A stretch of 64,000 bases of DNA from a bacterium (GTDB lineage: Bacteria > SAR324 > NAC60-12): contig CBDBHR010000003.1 in assembly GCA_965205865.1 (NCBI GenBank), positions 61,781 to 125,780 on the forward strand, read 5' to 3'. Below the pieces are notes generated by a model. The model did no database searches. It was given only the letters and a program-made list of their open reading frames with translations, and was not told the DNA's origin. Positions 31,601 through 41,087 of this stretch are shown here, in pieces (position 1 is the first letter of the stretch; each line of letters begins with the position of its first letter). A program made the position numbers and the translations under genes.

Positions 31601-34600
31601 ATGGCTCTGCGGCCGCTTCGAGTTGATGGAGAAGCTGGCGGGTGCCGTAAAAGACAACGCCCGAGAGGACCTGGACCTGGCCAATGTTTATCAATGCCTG
31701 ATCAAGGCGTACACGACCCAGGGTGAATTAAAGAAGGCACTGAAAACGGGTGAGGAAATTCTGGAGAAATTTGGGTGTAAACTGAGCCGTCTGTCTCCCG
31801 ACCAGTGGCAGCAGACCCTCGTTCAAATCAAACCCAGCCTGGCCGGTAAAAGCGCTGAAGAAGTGATGCGCTTTGAGCCGCTCACCCAACCGCTTTCCAA
31901 GGTCCTTGTCCATATTCTATATGAGCTCCATTTGCCATATAGCGAGGCTGGGGTTACTTTGGATGACGGTCTTTGGCAGCCCATCGCTTCAAAACGCATC
32001 TCTTTGCTGCTGAATCATTTTCATCCGAAACAATCACCCGAATCCTATGCTCTCCTTGGAATGATATATTGCGTGTATATGCAGGATTTTGAATTTGGTT
32101 ATGGACTCAATCGTCTGGGCATACAGCTCATGGAAGCGCTTGATCTGAAGGAAATAAACTGTAGAGTTTCCGGGGGATTCAATGGTGGGACCCGGTCCTA
32201 CCGGGAGCCGCTATCGGCGACATTGGAGCCCTTGCTTGAAGCTCATAAGATGGGAATCGAAACGGGAGATTTCTTCTATGCCGGTCGTAGCGCCGTCGTA
32301 AGATGTCAGATTGCGTTTATGTGCGGGAAAGAGCTGAATTGGCTGAAAGGGGAATTGTCGACGTTGAAGCTTGCTCTCAAGAAGATCGATTATATTATCG
32401 GGTCTCCCCAGGTGGAAATGCTTATGAAGGCGGTCATGATTCTGATGGAGGAGCCTTCGAGCCTGTCGAGCGGGATCATGGATCAATACCATAGGGTGAC
32501 GGGTGCAGGGTACGTCTATCGTGAACAGAGCTGTTTTAATTACCAAAAGCTGGTGCTGCAATACCTGTTCGAAGAATACGAAGCAGCGCGGGAGACGGTT
32601 TTTGAAATGATCAACTTGATGAAAACCTACAAGGATGCCCTTACCGATCCCCTGGCCAACTGCTACCTGTCCCTCGCTCTCCTCGCGCTTTGCGACCAGG
32701 GGCCTGAGGGGGAAAAGGAGGAGATCCTCACCCAGGTTAACGACAATCAGGCTTTATTGGAGAAACTGGCGCGCAGTGCCCCGCCCAATTACCGACACAA
32801 GCATCACCTGGTGGAAGCCGAACGGTTGCGAGTTTTGGATGGTGAAAGTGATGCGATCCTGTCCCACTATGACCAGGCCATCGCTTTGGCCAGAGAGAGC
32901 GAATTTATCCACGAGGAAGCCCTGGCCAATGAACTGGCAGCCAGGTACTTGCTCAACCAAGGGCAAATCGACGCCGCCAGGTCTTACCTGCGCTCTGCAA
33001 TGGAGAAATACGAAGCCTGGGGGGCAAAACGGAAGGTCGTGCACCTGAAGCATCGATATCCCGGGTTGATTGCCGATGATCACACTGAAGCAGCGGCGTC
33101 TCCTTGGGCCAACCTGGATCTGGGGACGATGCTCAAAGCCTCGGAGGCCATCTCCAGTACCATCGAGCTGGAACCGCTGCTGGAGATCTTGCTCCGTATT
33201 CTAATGGAAAATGCCGGGGCCCAGACAGCAGCCCTGCTTCTGGAAACCGAAGGTCAGTCTCTCATTGCTGCCCGCGGGAGCGCCGAGCAGGTCGAATGTT
33301 TTCTACCGTTTTCCCTGCCTGTGGAAAAGGCTTTCTCCCTCTCCCTCTCGGTCATCTCCTGGGTGAAACAAACCCGGGAACACCTGGTTTTGGACAACGC
33401 CTCCCACGAGGAACGGTTTGTCGGGGATGACTATATTAAAAGGGAACGTCCTAAATCGATCCTGTGTGCGCCGATACATCATAAGTCCGCCTTGAGCGGA
33501 ATCATTTACCTGGAAAATAACCTGGTCGAGGGGGCCTTCACCTCCCGGCGACTCGAGGTTATCAAACACCTTAGCTCCCAGATCGCCATTTCCCTGGAAA
33601 ATGCCAGGCTCTACGACAACATGAAGCGAGCGGAAGCCGAATACCGGGGAATTTTTGAAAACTCCATGGAAGGCATCTACCGGACGAGCCTAGATGGCCG
33701 CTTTCTGAACGCCAATCCAGCGATGGCCCGGTTATTCGGATACTCCTCCCCGAAAGAGCTGATGGAATCCATCACCGACGCCGGGCACCAGCTTTATGTG
33801 AATCCGGAACAACGCAACCAGTTCCTGGATCTCATGCGGCAACGACGTCCCGTTTCGGATTTTGAGGTGGAATTTTTCCGTAAAGACCGCAGCACCTTTT
33901 GGGCATCCCTGCACGCCCGCCCCGTCTATGACTTGAAAAACCACCAGTTGCTGTTCATTGAAGGGTTGGTAGCGGATATTACCCACCAGAAAAAGGCGCT
34001 GGACGAACTGAAAGCGAGCGAAACCTCCCTGCGTCAGGAAAATATCCTCCTGCGAGCCCGCATCAAAGATCGCTTTCGGTTTGGTGACATTATCGGAAAA
34101 AGCGAACCCATGCAGCAGGTATACGAGTTGATTTTAAAAGCGGCGGCCACCGATGTGAACGTGATCCTCTACGGCGAATCGGGAACCGGAAAAGAACTGG
34201 TCTCCAAGGCCATTCATGAGGCCAGTGACCGCAAGGAGCAAGTGTTTTTCCCGGTGAATCTCGGGGCCATCCCCGAAAACCTGATCGAGAGCGAGTTCTT
34301 TGGACACAAAAAAGGCGCTTTCACCGGGGCCGACAGCGATCAGCGCGGTTTCCTGCGCCTGACCGACAAAGGCACTTTGTTCCTGGATGAACTGGCCGAT
34401 ATCGGGCTGAACCTGCAGGTTAAACTGCTTCGTGTCCTGGAGGGCGGTGGCTTTACCCCGCTTGGCACCACCGAGGTCATCAAGCCCGATATCCGGTTCA
34501 TTGCAGCTTCAAACCAGGAGCTGAGTCATCGGGTGAAGACGGGGCAAATTCGAGAAGATTTCTATTACCGGATCCATGTCTTCCCCATTCGCCTGCCCCC

Positions 34601-35027
34601 GCTCCGGGAAAGAAAAGAGGATATCCCCCTGCTGGTCGAGCATTTTTTGAAATCCACGGCACCGCTTCAAAAAGGAAAGCCCATCACACCGGGATTTCTG
34701 GAAGCCCTGCAGGCTTACGATTGGCCGGGCAATGTCCGGGAGCTGCAAAACACCCTGCTACGCTATGTCACCCTGGGAGAGGTCGATTTTCCGGGGGAAC
34801 GGATAAATTCCAAAATCAGCGAAACTCCAAATTTTAGAGATAACACCAACCATGGGAAAATTGCGCTGGATCAAGCCGTCGCGGATAGTGAAAATGCGAC
34901 GATTCTCAGCGCCCTGAAAAATTCCCAGGGCCACAAGGTAAAAACCGCTGCCGCCCTGGGGATCTCCCGGACTACCCTCTTCAACAAAATGAAAAAGTAT
35001 GGAATTCGGACTATCATCGGAACTTAA
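28677..35027 (+). CDS. multidomain sigma54 activator: IS1595-type Zn-ribbon/HTH, Ser/Thr pseudokinase, STAND-like AAA ATPase, helical repeats, GAF, PAS, AAA+ bEBP, Fis HTH
   Basis: RWPQGFVCPSCGH..FQCKQCHSQTSATAGTIMH; YISPEQTGRMNR..DYRSDFYSLG; GSAGVGKT; FLDDLQWVD; TGGNPFF; FLHDRVQQAAY; SILCAPI..IYLENN; GESGTGKE, GAFTGA, LFLDE, WPGNVREL; AAALGISRTTLFNKM. Confidence 0.93.
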   Translation: MKITFTQQMSLDQHRNRFLTDDRCHQHFFAVRWPQGFVCPSCGHREYYEVSLRKLFQCKQCHSQTSATAGTIMHRTRTPLRYWFWGIYYVAACNGEITAQQLSEKIGLNYHAARRMLGKIHEIEKNQGFLGDLLKSFKIPEGSKEEVCTGPGMETPPGPIKGPYPLIEQTIPDRKKPDIPGYSLEEVIFESGRTRLWRGRRNSNGLLVLIKGAASSEQSAQEQAEIRHEHEITQALKIDGVLRSEELVACENGSALILENTEGLPLRKLMDATRLDLPDSLKVAVSLTSTLEEVHRQGILHKMINPLNIFVDPASRTVKLTGFGLATRLPRENLTTLSPQLSGETLPYISPEQTGRMNRVLDYRSDFYSLGATLYELFSGRVPFQSREAMEIIHAHIARQPVPLDQMAPQVPKTLFRLVMKLMAKRAEARYQSHSGLAADLLACLDQLENQGSLSDFPLGRYDIPSELQIAPGLYGREDEIATLEAALERVSQGATEMVLVSGSAGVGKTALAAEIHRSVAQKNGFFISGKFDQLRHNIPYSALIQALRGLIREVSAEGKFGMERWKSRIRAALGPSGQLLTRVIPELEQMIGPQPPLPEMGALETRNRFTAVLLEFIFVFCEKTHPLVIFLDDLQWVDADTLKLVERIAQDSERKPLLFLGAYRDNEVDTGHRLMISSEVIKKTGQLLQTIPLKPLNREHISRLLVHTCHCRPEDANPLAELLLRKTGGNPFFVSQFLTLLSEKNLIRYQPEEKRWTWELAAIDFLAVTDNVVELLIDRLQGFSSETKRLLSLAACIGNTFDLESLGLISGEGSGEIDENLLPALETGLILGFSQAPQLDNPTAGASAEDGSYKFLHDRVQQAAYALIAQKEKPAVHLQIGQTLLKQYAPEKGEDLLFDIVHHFNLARRVKDKWKERSKLAELNLKAGRQARAASAFEQALEYFTIGLELSGATAWKRQYPLALSLHEEATEMSWLCGRFELMEKLAGAVKDNAREDLDLANVYQCLIKAYTTQGELKKALKTGEEILEKFGCKLSRLSPDQWQQTLVQIKPSLAGKSAEEVMRFEPLTQPLSKVLVHILYELHLPYSEAGVTLDDGLWQPIASKRISLLLNHFHPKQSPESYALLGMIYCVYMQDFEFGYGLNRLGIQLMEALDLKEINCRVSGGFNGGTRSYREPLSATLEPLLEAHKMGIETGDFFYAGRSAVVRCQIAFMCGKELNWLKGELSTLKLALKKIDYIIGSPQVEMLMKAVMILMEEPSSLSSGIMDQYHRVTGAGYVYREQSCFNYQKLVLQYLFEEYEAARETVFEMINLMKTYKDALTDPLANCYLSLALLALCDQGPEGEKEEILTQVNDNQALLEKLARSAPPNYRHKHHLVEAERLRVLDGESDAILSHYDQAIALARESEFIHEEALANELAARYLLNQGQIDAARSYLRSAMEKYEAWGAKRKVVHLKHRYPGLIADDHTEAAASPWANLDLGTMLKASEAISSTIELEPLLEILLRILMENAGAQTAALLLETEGQSLIAARGSAEQVECFLPFSLPVEKAFSLSLSVISWVKQTREHLVLDNASHEERFVGDDYIKRERPKSILCAPIHHKSALSGIIYLENNLVEGAFTSRRLEVIKHLSSQIAISLENARLYDNMKRAEAEYRGIFENSMEGIYRTSLDGRFLNANPAMARLFGYSSPKELMESITDAGHQLYVNPEQRNQFLDLMRQRRPVSDFEVEFFRKDRSTFWASLHARPVYDLKNHQLLFIEGLVADITHQKKALDELKASETSLRQENILLRARIKDRFRFGDIIGKSEPMQQVYELILKAAATDVNVILYGESGTGKELVSKAIHEASDRKEQVFFPVNLGAIPENLIESEFFGHKKGAFTGADSDQRGFLRLTDKGTLFLDELADIGLNLQVKLLRVLEGGGFTPLGTTEVIKPDIRFIAASNQELSHRVKTGQIREDFYYRIHVFPIRLPPLRERKEDIPLLVEHFLKSTAPLQKGKPITPGFLEALQAYDWPGNVRELQNTLLRYVTLGEVDFPGERINSKISETPNFRDNTNHGKIALDQAVADSENATILSALKNSQGHKVKTAAALGISRTTLFNKMKKYGIRTIIGT

Positions 35028-35507
35028 TAAGGGCATGATCATAACTTAGACCACTTCCCCAAAAAAGGTACCGATTAATGACACAATTTATGAAGCAGTT
35101 TCACCTGAAGTTAAAAGAATGGATTGATACAGTGGTTCACTCAAATAAAACCCTGCCTTTTTGCGGAGATCATCAAGATGAGGAAGAAGTCTGTCCACCA
35201 GTTTATTTGCTCTTGCTTCCAGCAAAATCCCAACGACTCCCATAACAGGTAATTCTAACCGTTTCGCCATTCGTCGCCCCTCTTTTTCATCCAATAAAAC
35301 TAAATCTGCGTGTAATTCTAATGCCAGAGCAATCGTCTCTGATTCTCCCAGATCGAGGTCGTTTTCTAAAGCTGTGACAAGGGCTTTATTCTCGACAGAA
35401 TGTCTTTCAATCCAGGTAGCCTGGGAAACTTCATAGCTGCCTGGCCACTTTTTCCTTTCATGGTTTAATTCATCCCATACGCCCTGGGCAATATAAATAG
35501 ATTTGTA

Positions 35508-37203
35508 CCTAAATCCTGCAATTAGATGACAATCAAACATGGAAATGGTAATATACTCAAATAGTTAACACCAGAATCAACATTTTAAGAGATCACCATT
35601 ACCATGAAAAACAAAGGTAGCGCAAGATCGGCAAGAACGACAGCAAAAAACATCCATATCAGCCAGGGAGGCAGAGACCTGACCGCGCAAGCAGGCTTGA
35701 TTCCGGTTGTCAAATTTTTTCACAAAGAAGGGATTGTTTCAAAGACAGAGCAGACCGTAGATCATCGGCGTGGCGCCACGGGTCTTTATGACGCGGTGGA
35801 CATGGTCATTTTGTCGGTGGTCGGCATTGTTGGTGGCGCCCGTTCGATTCGTTCGATTGTGACAGTTTGGAACGACCGTGTTTTGAGTCGTGTGGCCGGT
35901 TGGCTGAGGATTCCGGATGAAACCACATTCGGCCGGATACTGCGTACTTTCACACAGAAAAACATCAATGAGATGGAGAGCTTGAACCATCGGATTCGAG
36001 CCGGTATCTGGCGTAAGGCGCTTCGAAGTGGGACAAGCATCGTTGGGGTGTTACACTGTCTTGTGATTGACGTGGACTCCACTGTGAAAACGGCCTACGG
36101 CAAGCAGCAAGGAGTGTCTGTCGGATATAATCCCCACAAACGCGGTGCAGCTTCGTATCATCCTCTGCTGGCATTTTGCGCAGAGACAAAGGAGATTCTT
36201 CAGGGTTGGCTTCGTGATGGGAGTGCCTATACCAGCAATGGAGTCGTTGAATTCATGCGGCAACTTCTCGCTCACCTTCCAAATCGGACTCGCACTCTGT
36301 TTCGTGGAGACAGTGGTTTTTTTGTGGGGGATTTGCTGGATTTCCTCGAAGAACGAGGCCATGGCTATCTGATCAAGGTCAAACTCAAGGGGCTTGTCTC
36401 GTTGTTGGAAACCCAAAAATGGCAAAAAGTGAAGGGGCAGCCCGCTTGGGAAGGGTGTGAGTTTTCCCACCAATGTGAAACTTGGAGGAGGTCAAGAAAA
36501 TTCATGGCCGTACGCAGGGAGAAAGAGGAGGAACTCAAAGGGATGGCCACCCTCTTTGAGATGAAGGAGTACGATTATTTTTGTTATGTTCTCACTGACG
36601 CGCTCACTCCCTGGCAGGCTCACAAAGAGTATGGCCAAAGGGCGGTCGCTGAGACATGGATTGAGGAAGCAAAAAATCAAACTGCGCTGGCTCAGATTAA
36701 AACCGACGATTTTTGGGCCAACAGTGCCTTGTTCCAATGCGCGATACTCGCTTACAACACGCTGCGCTGGATGGCCCTTTGTAGTGGTAACGCAATACTG
36801 CGCCGTTGGGAACCGGCCACCATGCGCACCTATCTTGTCCGAATGGCAGGAAAATGGACGAGTGGCGCTCGTCAACAAAAACTGAGAGTTCCGGAAAGAA
36901 CACTTTACAATGCTCAATGGGATGCATGGGTCGCTGTTGGAGAGACCTGGATCCTTTGTTTCACTCCAGTGGATACATTTTGCTGAGATGTAGATTCCCA
37001 AATCCAGGGAGAAGTACGTCTTGAATCTTGTGCCCGCGAAAGCGGGTATCAGATCATCACAAAATATGACGATCTAATGGAGGGCGGAAAAACCTTTATG
37101 AGCAAGGACTGATGGAAATTCAACTCTCAAATCCTTTTTTTTAAAAAAACCTCTCAAAGAGTGGGGGGAAACTCAATCAAAATATTCAATTGCAGGATTT
37201 AGG
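35508..37203 (+). mobile_element. IS1380-family element, intact (1696 bp)
   Basis: Perfect 16-bp terminal repeat CCTAAATCCTGCAATT, 5-bp target duplication TTGTA, single transposase ORF. Confidence 0.93.
35604..36986 (+). CDS. IS1380-family DDE transposase
   Basis: IDVDST..YGKQQG..GYNP..SYHPL, FRGDSGF, RAVAETWIEEAK, FWANSALFQ. Confidence 0.92.
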   Translation: MKNKGSARSARTTAKNIHISQGGRDLTAQAGLIPVVKFFHKEGIVSKTEQTVDHRRGATGLYDAVDMVILSVVGIVGGARSIRSIVTVWNDRVLSRVAGWLRIPDETTFGRILRTFTQKNINEMESLNHRIRAGIWRKALRSGTSIVGVLHCLVIDVDSTVKTAYGKQQGVSVGYNPHKRGAASYHPLLAFCAETKEILQGWLRDGSAYTSNGVVEFMRQLLAHLPNRTRTLFRGDSGFFVGDLLDFLEERGHGYLIKVKLKGLVSLLETQKWQKVKGQPAWEGCEFSHQCETWRRSRKFMAVRREKEEELKGMATLFEMKEYDYFCYVLTDALTPWQAHKEYGQRAVAETWIEEAKNQTALAQIKTDDFWANSALFQCAILAYNTLRWMALCSGNAILRRWEPATMRTYLVRMAGKWTSGARQQKLRVPERTLYNAQWDAWVAVGETWILCFTPVDTFC

Positions 37204-37279
37204 TTGTATAAGGATTGCAGTAAATCGAATTGGCCAATCGCTGCTAGATTCGTCAAGGGAGAGGTATTGCTCACAACGA

Positions 37280-37537
37280 TCATGATTTTTCCGTTTTCTT
37301 CAACTGGGCAAGATCTTCTTCAAAATCCGTTTGATCATAATGAGGCGCAATTTTTCGTGCAGCCAGCAATTGTCGAAACTGCCACAAGCTCATATTCGCT
37401 AATTCTTTGGCTTTGCCAATCGAAAGACGATTTTGCGTATAGAGATAAACAGCCATTTCTACTTTGAGTTCGCTAGGCGTCAATCGGGCAGAATCTAAAA
37501 TTTCTTGAGAAATTTCCAGCATTGCTATAGAAGCCAT
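37280..37537 (-). CDS. UPF0175-family antitoxin
   Basis: ELKVEMAVYLY..RLSIGKAKELA..FRQLL..HYD..DFEEDL; ATGA overlap with the DUF3368 gene. Confidence 0.85.
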   Translation of the reverse strand: MASIAMLEISQEILDSARLTPSELKVEMAVYLYTQNRLSIGKAKELANMSLWQFRQLLAARKIAPHYDQTDFEEDLAQLKKTEKS

Positions 37538-37655
37538 AAATGTTTTCCTTCTTATAGGGATTGAATTGGTTTTCTGTTCACAGCTATTCTATAGTTTGAG
37601 AGCGATTCAGTCAATGATACAATTCATCATCCTTATCGGTTCGCTAGCCCAATGA

Positions 37656-37743
37656 AAAAAACGCTTCCGCCCTGAGGATCTCCCGGGCCACCCTCTTCAA
37701 CAAAATGAAAAAGTACGGAATTCGTACCATCACAGGAACTTAA
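37656..37743 (+). repeat. diverged direct repeat of the last 88 bp of the 2116-aa gene (34940-35027)
   Basis: Encodes KNASALRISRATLFNKMKKYGIRTITGT* versus KTAAALGISRTTLFNKMKKYGIRTIIGT*. Confidence 0.9.
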
Positions 37744-37780
37744 GTTTTGTTGACATTTCATAAAAGTCAGTGAAAATGGA

Positions 37781-37853
37781 TGGTAGGATGGGCTTTGCCC
37801 ATCATCTGAACAGAGCTGTTTCTCATTTTTAATGGGCGGAGCCCATCCTACCA
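37781..37853. repeat. GTAG-type REP doublet
   Basis: GGTAGGATGGGCTTTGCCCATC ... ATGGGCGGAGCCCATCCTACC in inverted orientation. Confidence 0.7.
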
Positions 37854-37895
37854 ATCACTATTTACGTAACATCAGAAAATAATAAAGTTTAATAG

Positions 37896-38097
37896 TGTTC
37901 AAAATATTAAACATTTGTTTCAAATTCTGGATTTTGATCTATAAAGATTTAATATCAGTGAGTTAACGACTATTTCACCTGGCTTTAGTTAACATATTTG
38001 AACATCTGCTTCGCATACCCAAACCTCCCTCTTGTCAAAAATAGATAATAATTACAGTAAGTTAACTGAATAGACTCAGATTTGGCACACTGCTTGA
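37896..38097 (+). promoter_or_regulatory. sigma54-type promoter region with candidate activator and IHF sites
   Basis: TGGCAC-N5-TTGA at 38083-38097 (non-canonical -12); TGT-N12-ACA at 37896-37913 and a related site at 37987-38004; IHF-like TATCAGTGAGTTA near 37953. Confidence 0.55.
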
Positions 38098-38468
38098 AGA
38101 TGAACTAAAGTATCTGGGATGCTGTATCCTAAGCTTGTTGTCAATCCATTCCCTCCCAGGGAAAATTTTTCATTCACTGTCTTATCAGGAGAAGCCTATG
38201 GGGAAATCACGTTAGCAGAGAAAGAAAGTTTATACCTTCAATCTCAATAAACTAGTACCGTTGGGCAAAAGTGCGTTTACAGTCATAGCGTCATGCCGGA
38301 TTTGATCTCCAGCATCCAGGATTCACAGAAAGTTCCCTGGATTCCTGGTCAAGCCAGGAATGACAACTGCATAGATTGTCGAATGTGATTATCTGTAATC
38401 TTATTTTCACCGGGCAGTGCTAGATTTGGGAGATAATTATGAAATCAATCGTATTTGGAGAAATTATT

Positions 38469-39848
38469 ATGAAAAAGATAAAAATGAAAAAAAGGTTCGA
38501 GTTTATAGGGACTTTGATGGTCGCTATCTTCGCCCTGACGGGTGTCGCGCATGCGGATGGTCACCTCAAATTCCCGATTGGCGAAGGCGAGTTCAGCTGG
38601 GACAGCTACCACGCCTTCGCGAAGGAGCACGACTATTCTGGCCAGCAACTCACGGTCTTCGGAGCAATGACAGGTCGCCAAGAGGACAAGATGACTGCGA
38701 TGTTTGCCTATTTCGAAGAAGCGACCGGTGCCGACGTCCGCTACACCGGCTCGCAGAACTTCTCGCAAGAAGTGATGGTTGACGCCGAAGCAGGTGCATC
38801 AGCGAATATCACCGCCTTCCCGCTGCCAGGTTTTGCCATGGACATGGCCAAGCGCGGTTTCCTGACCAAATTGGATCCCGATATTGCCGGCTATACTCGC
38901 GACAACTTCGCCGCTGGCCAGTCCTGGGTTGACCTCGGCACCTATGCCGGCCCGGACGGGAAAAAGGCTTACTACGGCGTCCCAACGCATATGTACATTA
39001 AGTCGGTGGTCTGGTACGTCCCCGAGAACTTCGAGGACGCAGGCTACGAAATCCCGCAGACCATGGAAGAACTGAAGGCCCTGGCCGATCGGATCGTTGC
39101 CGACGGTGGGACACCGTGGTGCATTGGTCTGTTTTCTGAGGGTGCGACGGGTTTTCCGGGAAGTGACTGGATGGAGGACTTATTGCTGCGCTCGCATCCT
39201 CCGGAATTGTACGACCAATGGGTCAGCAACGAAGTTCCGTTTGATGACCCCCGAATCGTTGCCGCACTCGAGGAATGGGGCGAATTTGCCCGCAACGAAA
39301 AATATGTAGCCGGCGGTGTGGGTAATGTGGCCATCCAGGATTGGCGCGACAGCCCGAAGGGTCTCTTCGACAGCCCGCCGAAGTGCTACATGCACCTTGC
39401 GGGAACGTACATTACGAGTTTTTTCCCAAAAGGTGTAAAGTATGGCGACTGGGACTTCTTCTACTTCCCGGCCCGGGCGAGCAAGCCGGAGCTTGGCAAG
39501 CCAGTGATGGGTGGAGGTAACTTTTGGACCATCTCCAAGAACAGCCCAGCAGCCCATGGGTTTATCAAATGGCTACAGACGCCGATTGCGGTCGAGCTAG
39601 CTTTGGCTCAGGGCGGCGACTTGTCGCCGCACTTGCACGTCAACAAAGCGGTTTTCACTGACCCGGCGTTTGCAGCGTTAAATGATATTCTCTTGAACGC
39701 GACCACATACCGGTTCGACGCATCCGACCTGATGCCCGGTGCCGTTGGCGGCGGGACCTTCTGGAGGGGCATGGTGGACTATGTCGGTGGCAAGGATGCC
39801 GCCGCCGTTGCACGCGACATCCAGAAGTCCTGGGACGCTATCAAGTAG
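38469..39848 (+). CDS. aglE: carbohydrate ABC transporter substrate-binding protein (AglE-like)
   Basis: Signal peptide, LKFPIGEGEFSWDS, KSVVWYVPENFEDAGYEIP, GGTPWCIG, RFDASDLMPGAVG. Confidence 0.85.
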   Translation: MKKIKMKKRFEFIGTLMVAIFALTGVAHADGHLKFPIGEGEFSWDSYHAFAKEHDYSGQQLTVFGAMTGRQEDKMTAMFAYFEEATGADVRYTGSQNFSQEVMVDAEAGASANITAFPLPGFAMDMAKRGFLTKLDPDIAGYTRDNFAAGQSWVDLGTYAGPDGKKAYYGVPTHMYIKSVVWYVPENFEDAGYEIPQTMEELKALADRIVADGGTPWCIGLFSEGATGFPGSDWMEDLLLRSHPPELYDQWVSNEVPFDDPRIVAALEEWGEFARNEKYVAGGVGNVAIQDWRDSPKGLFDSPPKCYMHLAGTYITSFFPKGVKYGDWDFFYFPARASKPELGKPVMGGGNFWTISKNSPAAHGFIKWLQTPIAVELALAQGGDLSPHLHVNKAVFTDPAFAALNDILLNATTYRFDASDLMPGAVGGGTFWRGMVDYVGGKDAAAVARDIQKSWDAIK

Positions 39849-40061
39849 TCCGTGATGGTCATACGGATCCCGGGCCGTCCGGCCCGGGATACTTCACAGG
39901 CACAATGGGTTTTAGCAAATAATACATTTAGAATTTGAAAATATACATTAAAGATGTCATTGCGAGCGTAGCGAAGCAATCTCATGAGATCGCCACGTCG
40001 CTATGCTCCTCGCGATGACAATGGATAATTTCAACTTCTATTTGATTTAAGGAAACGCGAC

Positions 40062-41087
40062 ATGGCAAAAGATTACACAATCCTCATCGGCACCGCCGGC
40101 CAAGGGCTGAACGTGAGTGCCGACTGTGGTGAATCCTGGACCAAAATCAATCAGCCTATCTGGCATGAGTCCAACGTCAGGGCGTTGTGCGTGGATCCAT
40201 CCAACCCCCGGCGGGTATTGGCCGGTGCTGATTGTCAATCAGTACCCTCATCCCAAGTGGGCGTTTTCCGCAGCGAAGACGGCGGCGCGACCTGGGAAAA
40301 CCTGGATGCCCCCACAGCGGATATTGAAATCTGGTCGGTGACTGTAGACCCCACGGACCCGGACACCCTATTCGTGGGCACGCGACCCGAGGGATTCCGC
40401 TCCAGGGATGGGGGGCGGACTTGGAGCAAGCTTCATATGGGCGTAAACATGAATTGCCCCATCTCTGAACCACTTCCTCCCTCGCCGCCGCGGACCACCT
40501 GCATGATCGTAGATCCCAGGGACAACCGCACCATCTGGGCTGGCATGGAGGTTGATGGGGTTTACAAGAGCCTGGATGGCGGATACAACTGGGTCCACCT
40601 GCCCGACCTGGGGCCTGACCCCTTCCAGGGCGACATTCACAGTATGGCTCTGAAGACTGGCGCCCGTTCCGTAGTCTACTGTACCTCGCCCTTTGGGATC
40701 GCCACCAGCCACGACGAAGGTGAAAGCTGGGATTACCACTATTTCCCCAAGTTCCATGAAGCGGATCGCGTGTCCTACTGCCGCGGCATGGTCATCAAAG
40801 CGGATAATCCCGATGTCATGTTCGTCGGCAACGGCGACGTTATTCCCGGTGTTACCGGTGCCGTACAGCGCACCCAGGATGCCGGGAAAAGTTGGCAACT
40901 GGTGTCCCTGCCGGTAGAGCCCAACTCCATTATCTATGGGATAAGCTCTCACAAGGAGCGGCCCAATGTAATCGTCGCAGCCAGCATCTTCGGCTATGTG
41001 TACCTGAGCGAAGACGGGGGTGATTCCTGGCAAAAGCTGCAAAAGGAGTTTGGCGAGGTCCGTTCCGTGGCCTTGTTGCCCAACTAA
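40062..41087 (+). CDS. BNR/Asp-box beta-propeller protein (glycoside-hydrolase-like fold)
   Basis: Repeated S-x-D-x-G-x-T/S-W boxes (SEDGGATW, SRDGGRTW, SLDGGYNW, SHDEGESW, SEDGGDSW). Confidence 0.85.
   Translation: MAKDYTILIGTAGQGLNVSADCGESWTKINQPIWHESNVRALCVDPSNPRRVLAGADCQSVPSSQVGVFRSEDGGATWENLDAPTADIEIWSVTVDPTDPDTLFVGTRPEGFRSRDGGRTWSKLHMGVNMNCPISEPLPPSPPRTTCMIVDPRDNRTIWAGMEVDGVYKSLDGGYNWVHLPDLGPDPFQGDIHSMALKTGARSVVYCTSPFGIATSHDEGESWDYHYFPKFHEADRVSYCRGMVIKADNPDVMFVGNGDVIPGVTGAVQRTQDAGKSWQLVSLPVEPNSIIYGISSHKERPNVIVAASIFGYVYLSEDGGDSWQKLQKEFGEVRSVALLPN

Larger units (their letters stand above)
35088..37283 (-). pseudogene. DUF3368 PIN-domain toxin interrupted by IS1380
   Basis: N-terminus MIVVSNTSPLTNLAAIGQFDLLQSLY (37283-37204) joins in frame with KSIYIAQGVWDEL...LDLGESETIALA..LDEKEGR once the IS and one TTGTA are removed. 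Confidence 0.88.

Noticed and set aside
34940-37743. Diversity-generating retroelement VR/TR pair at the activator 3' end
   Set aside because: Mismatches involve all four bases rather than only adenines, and no reverse transcriptase is present in the window.
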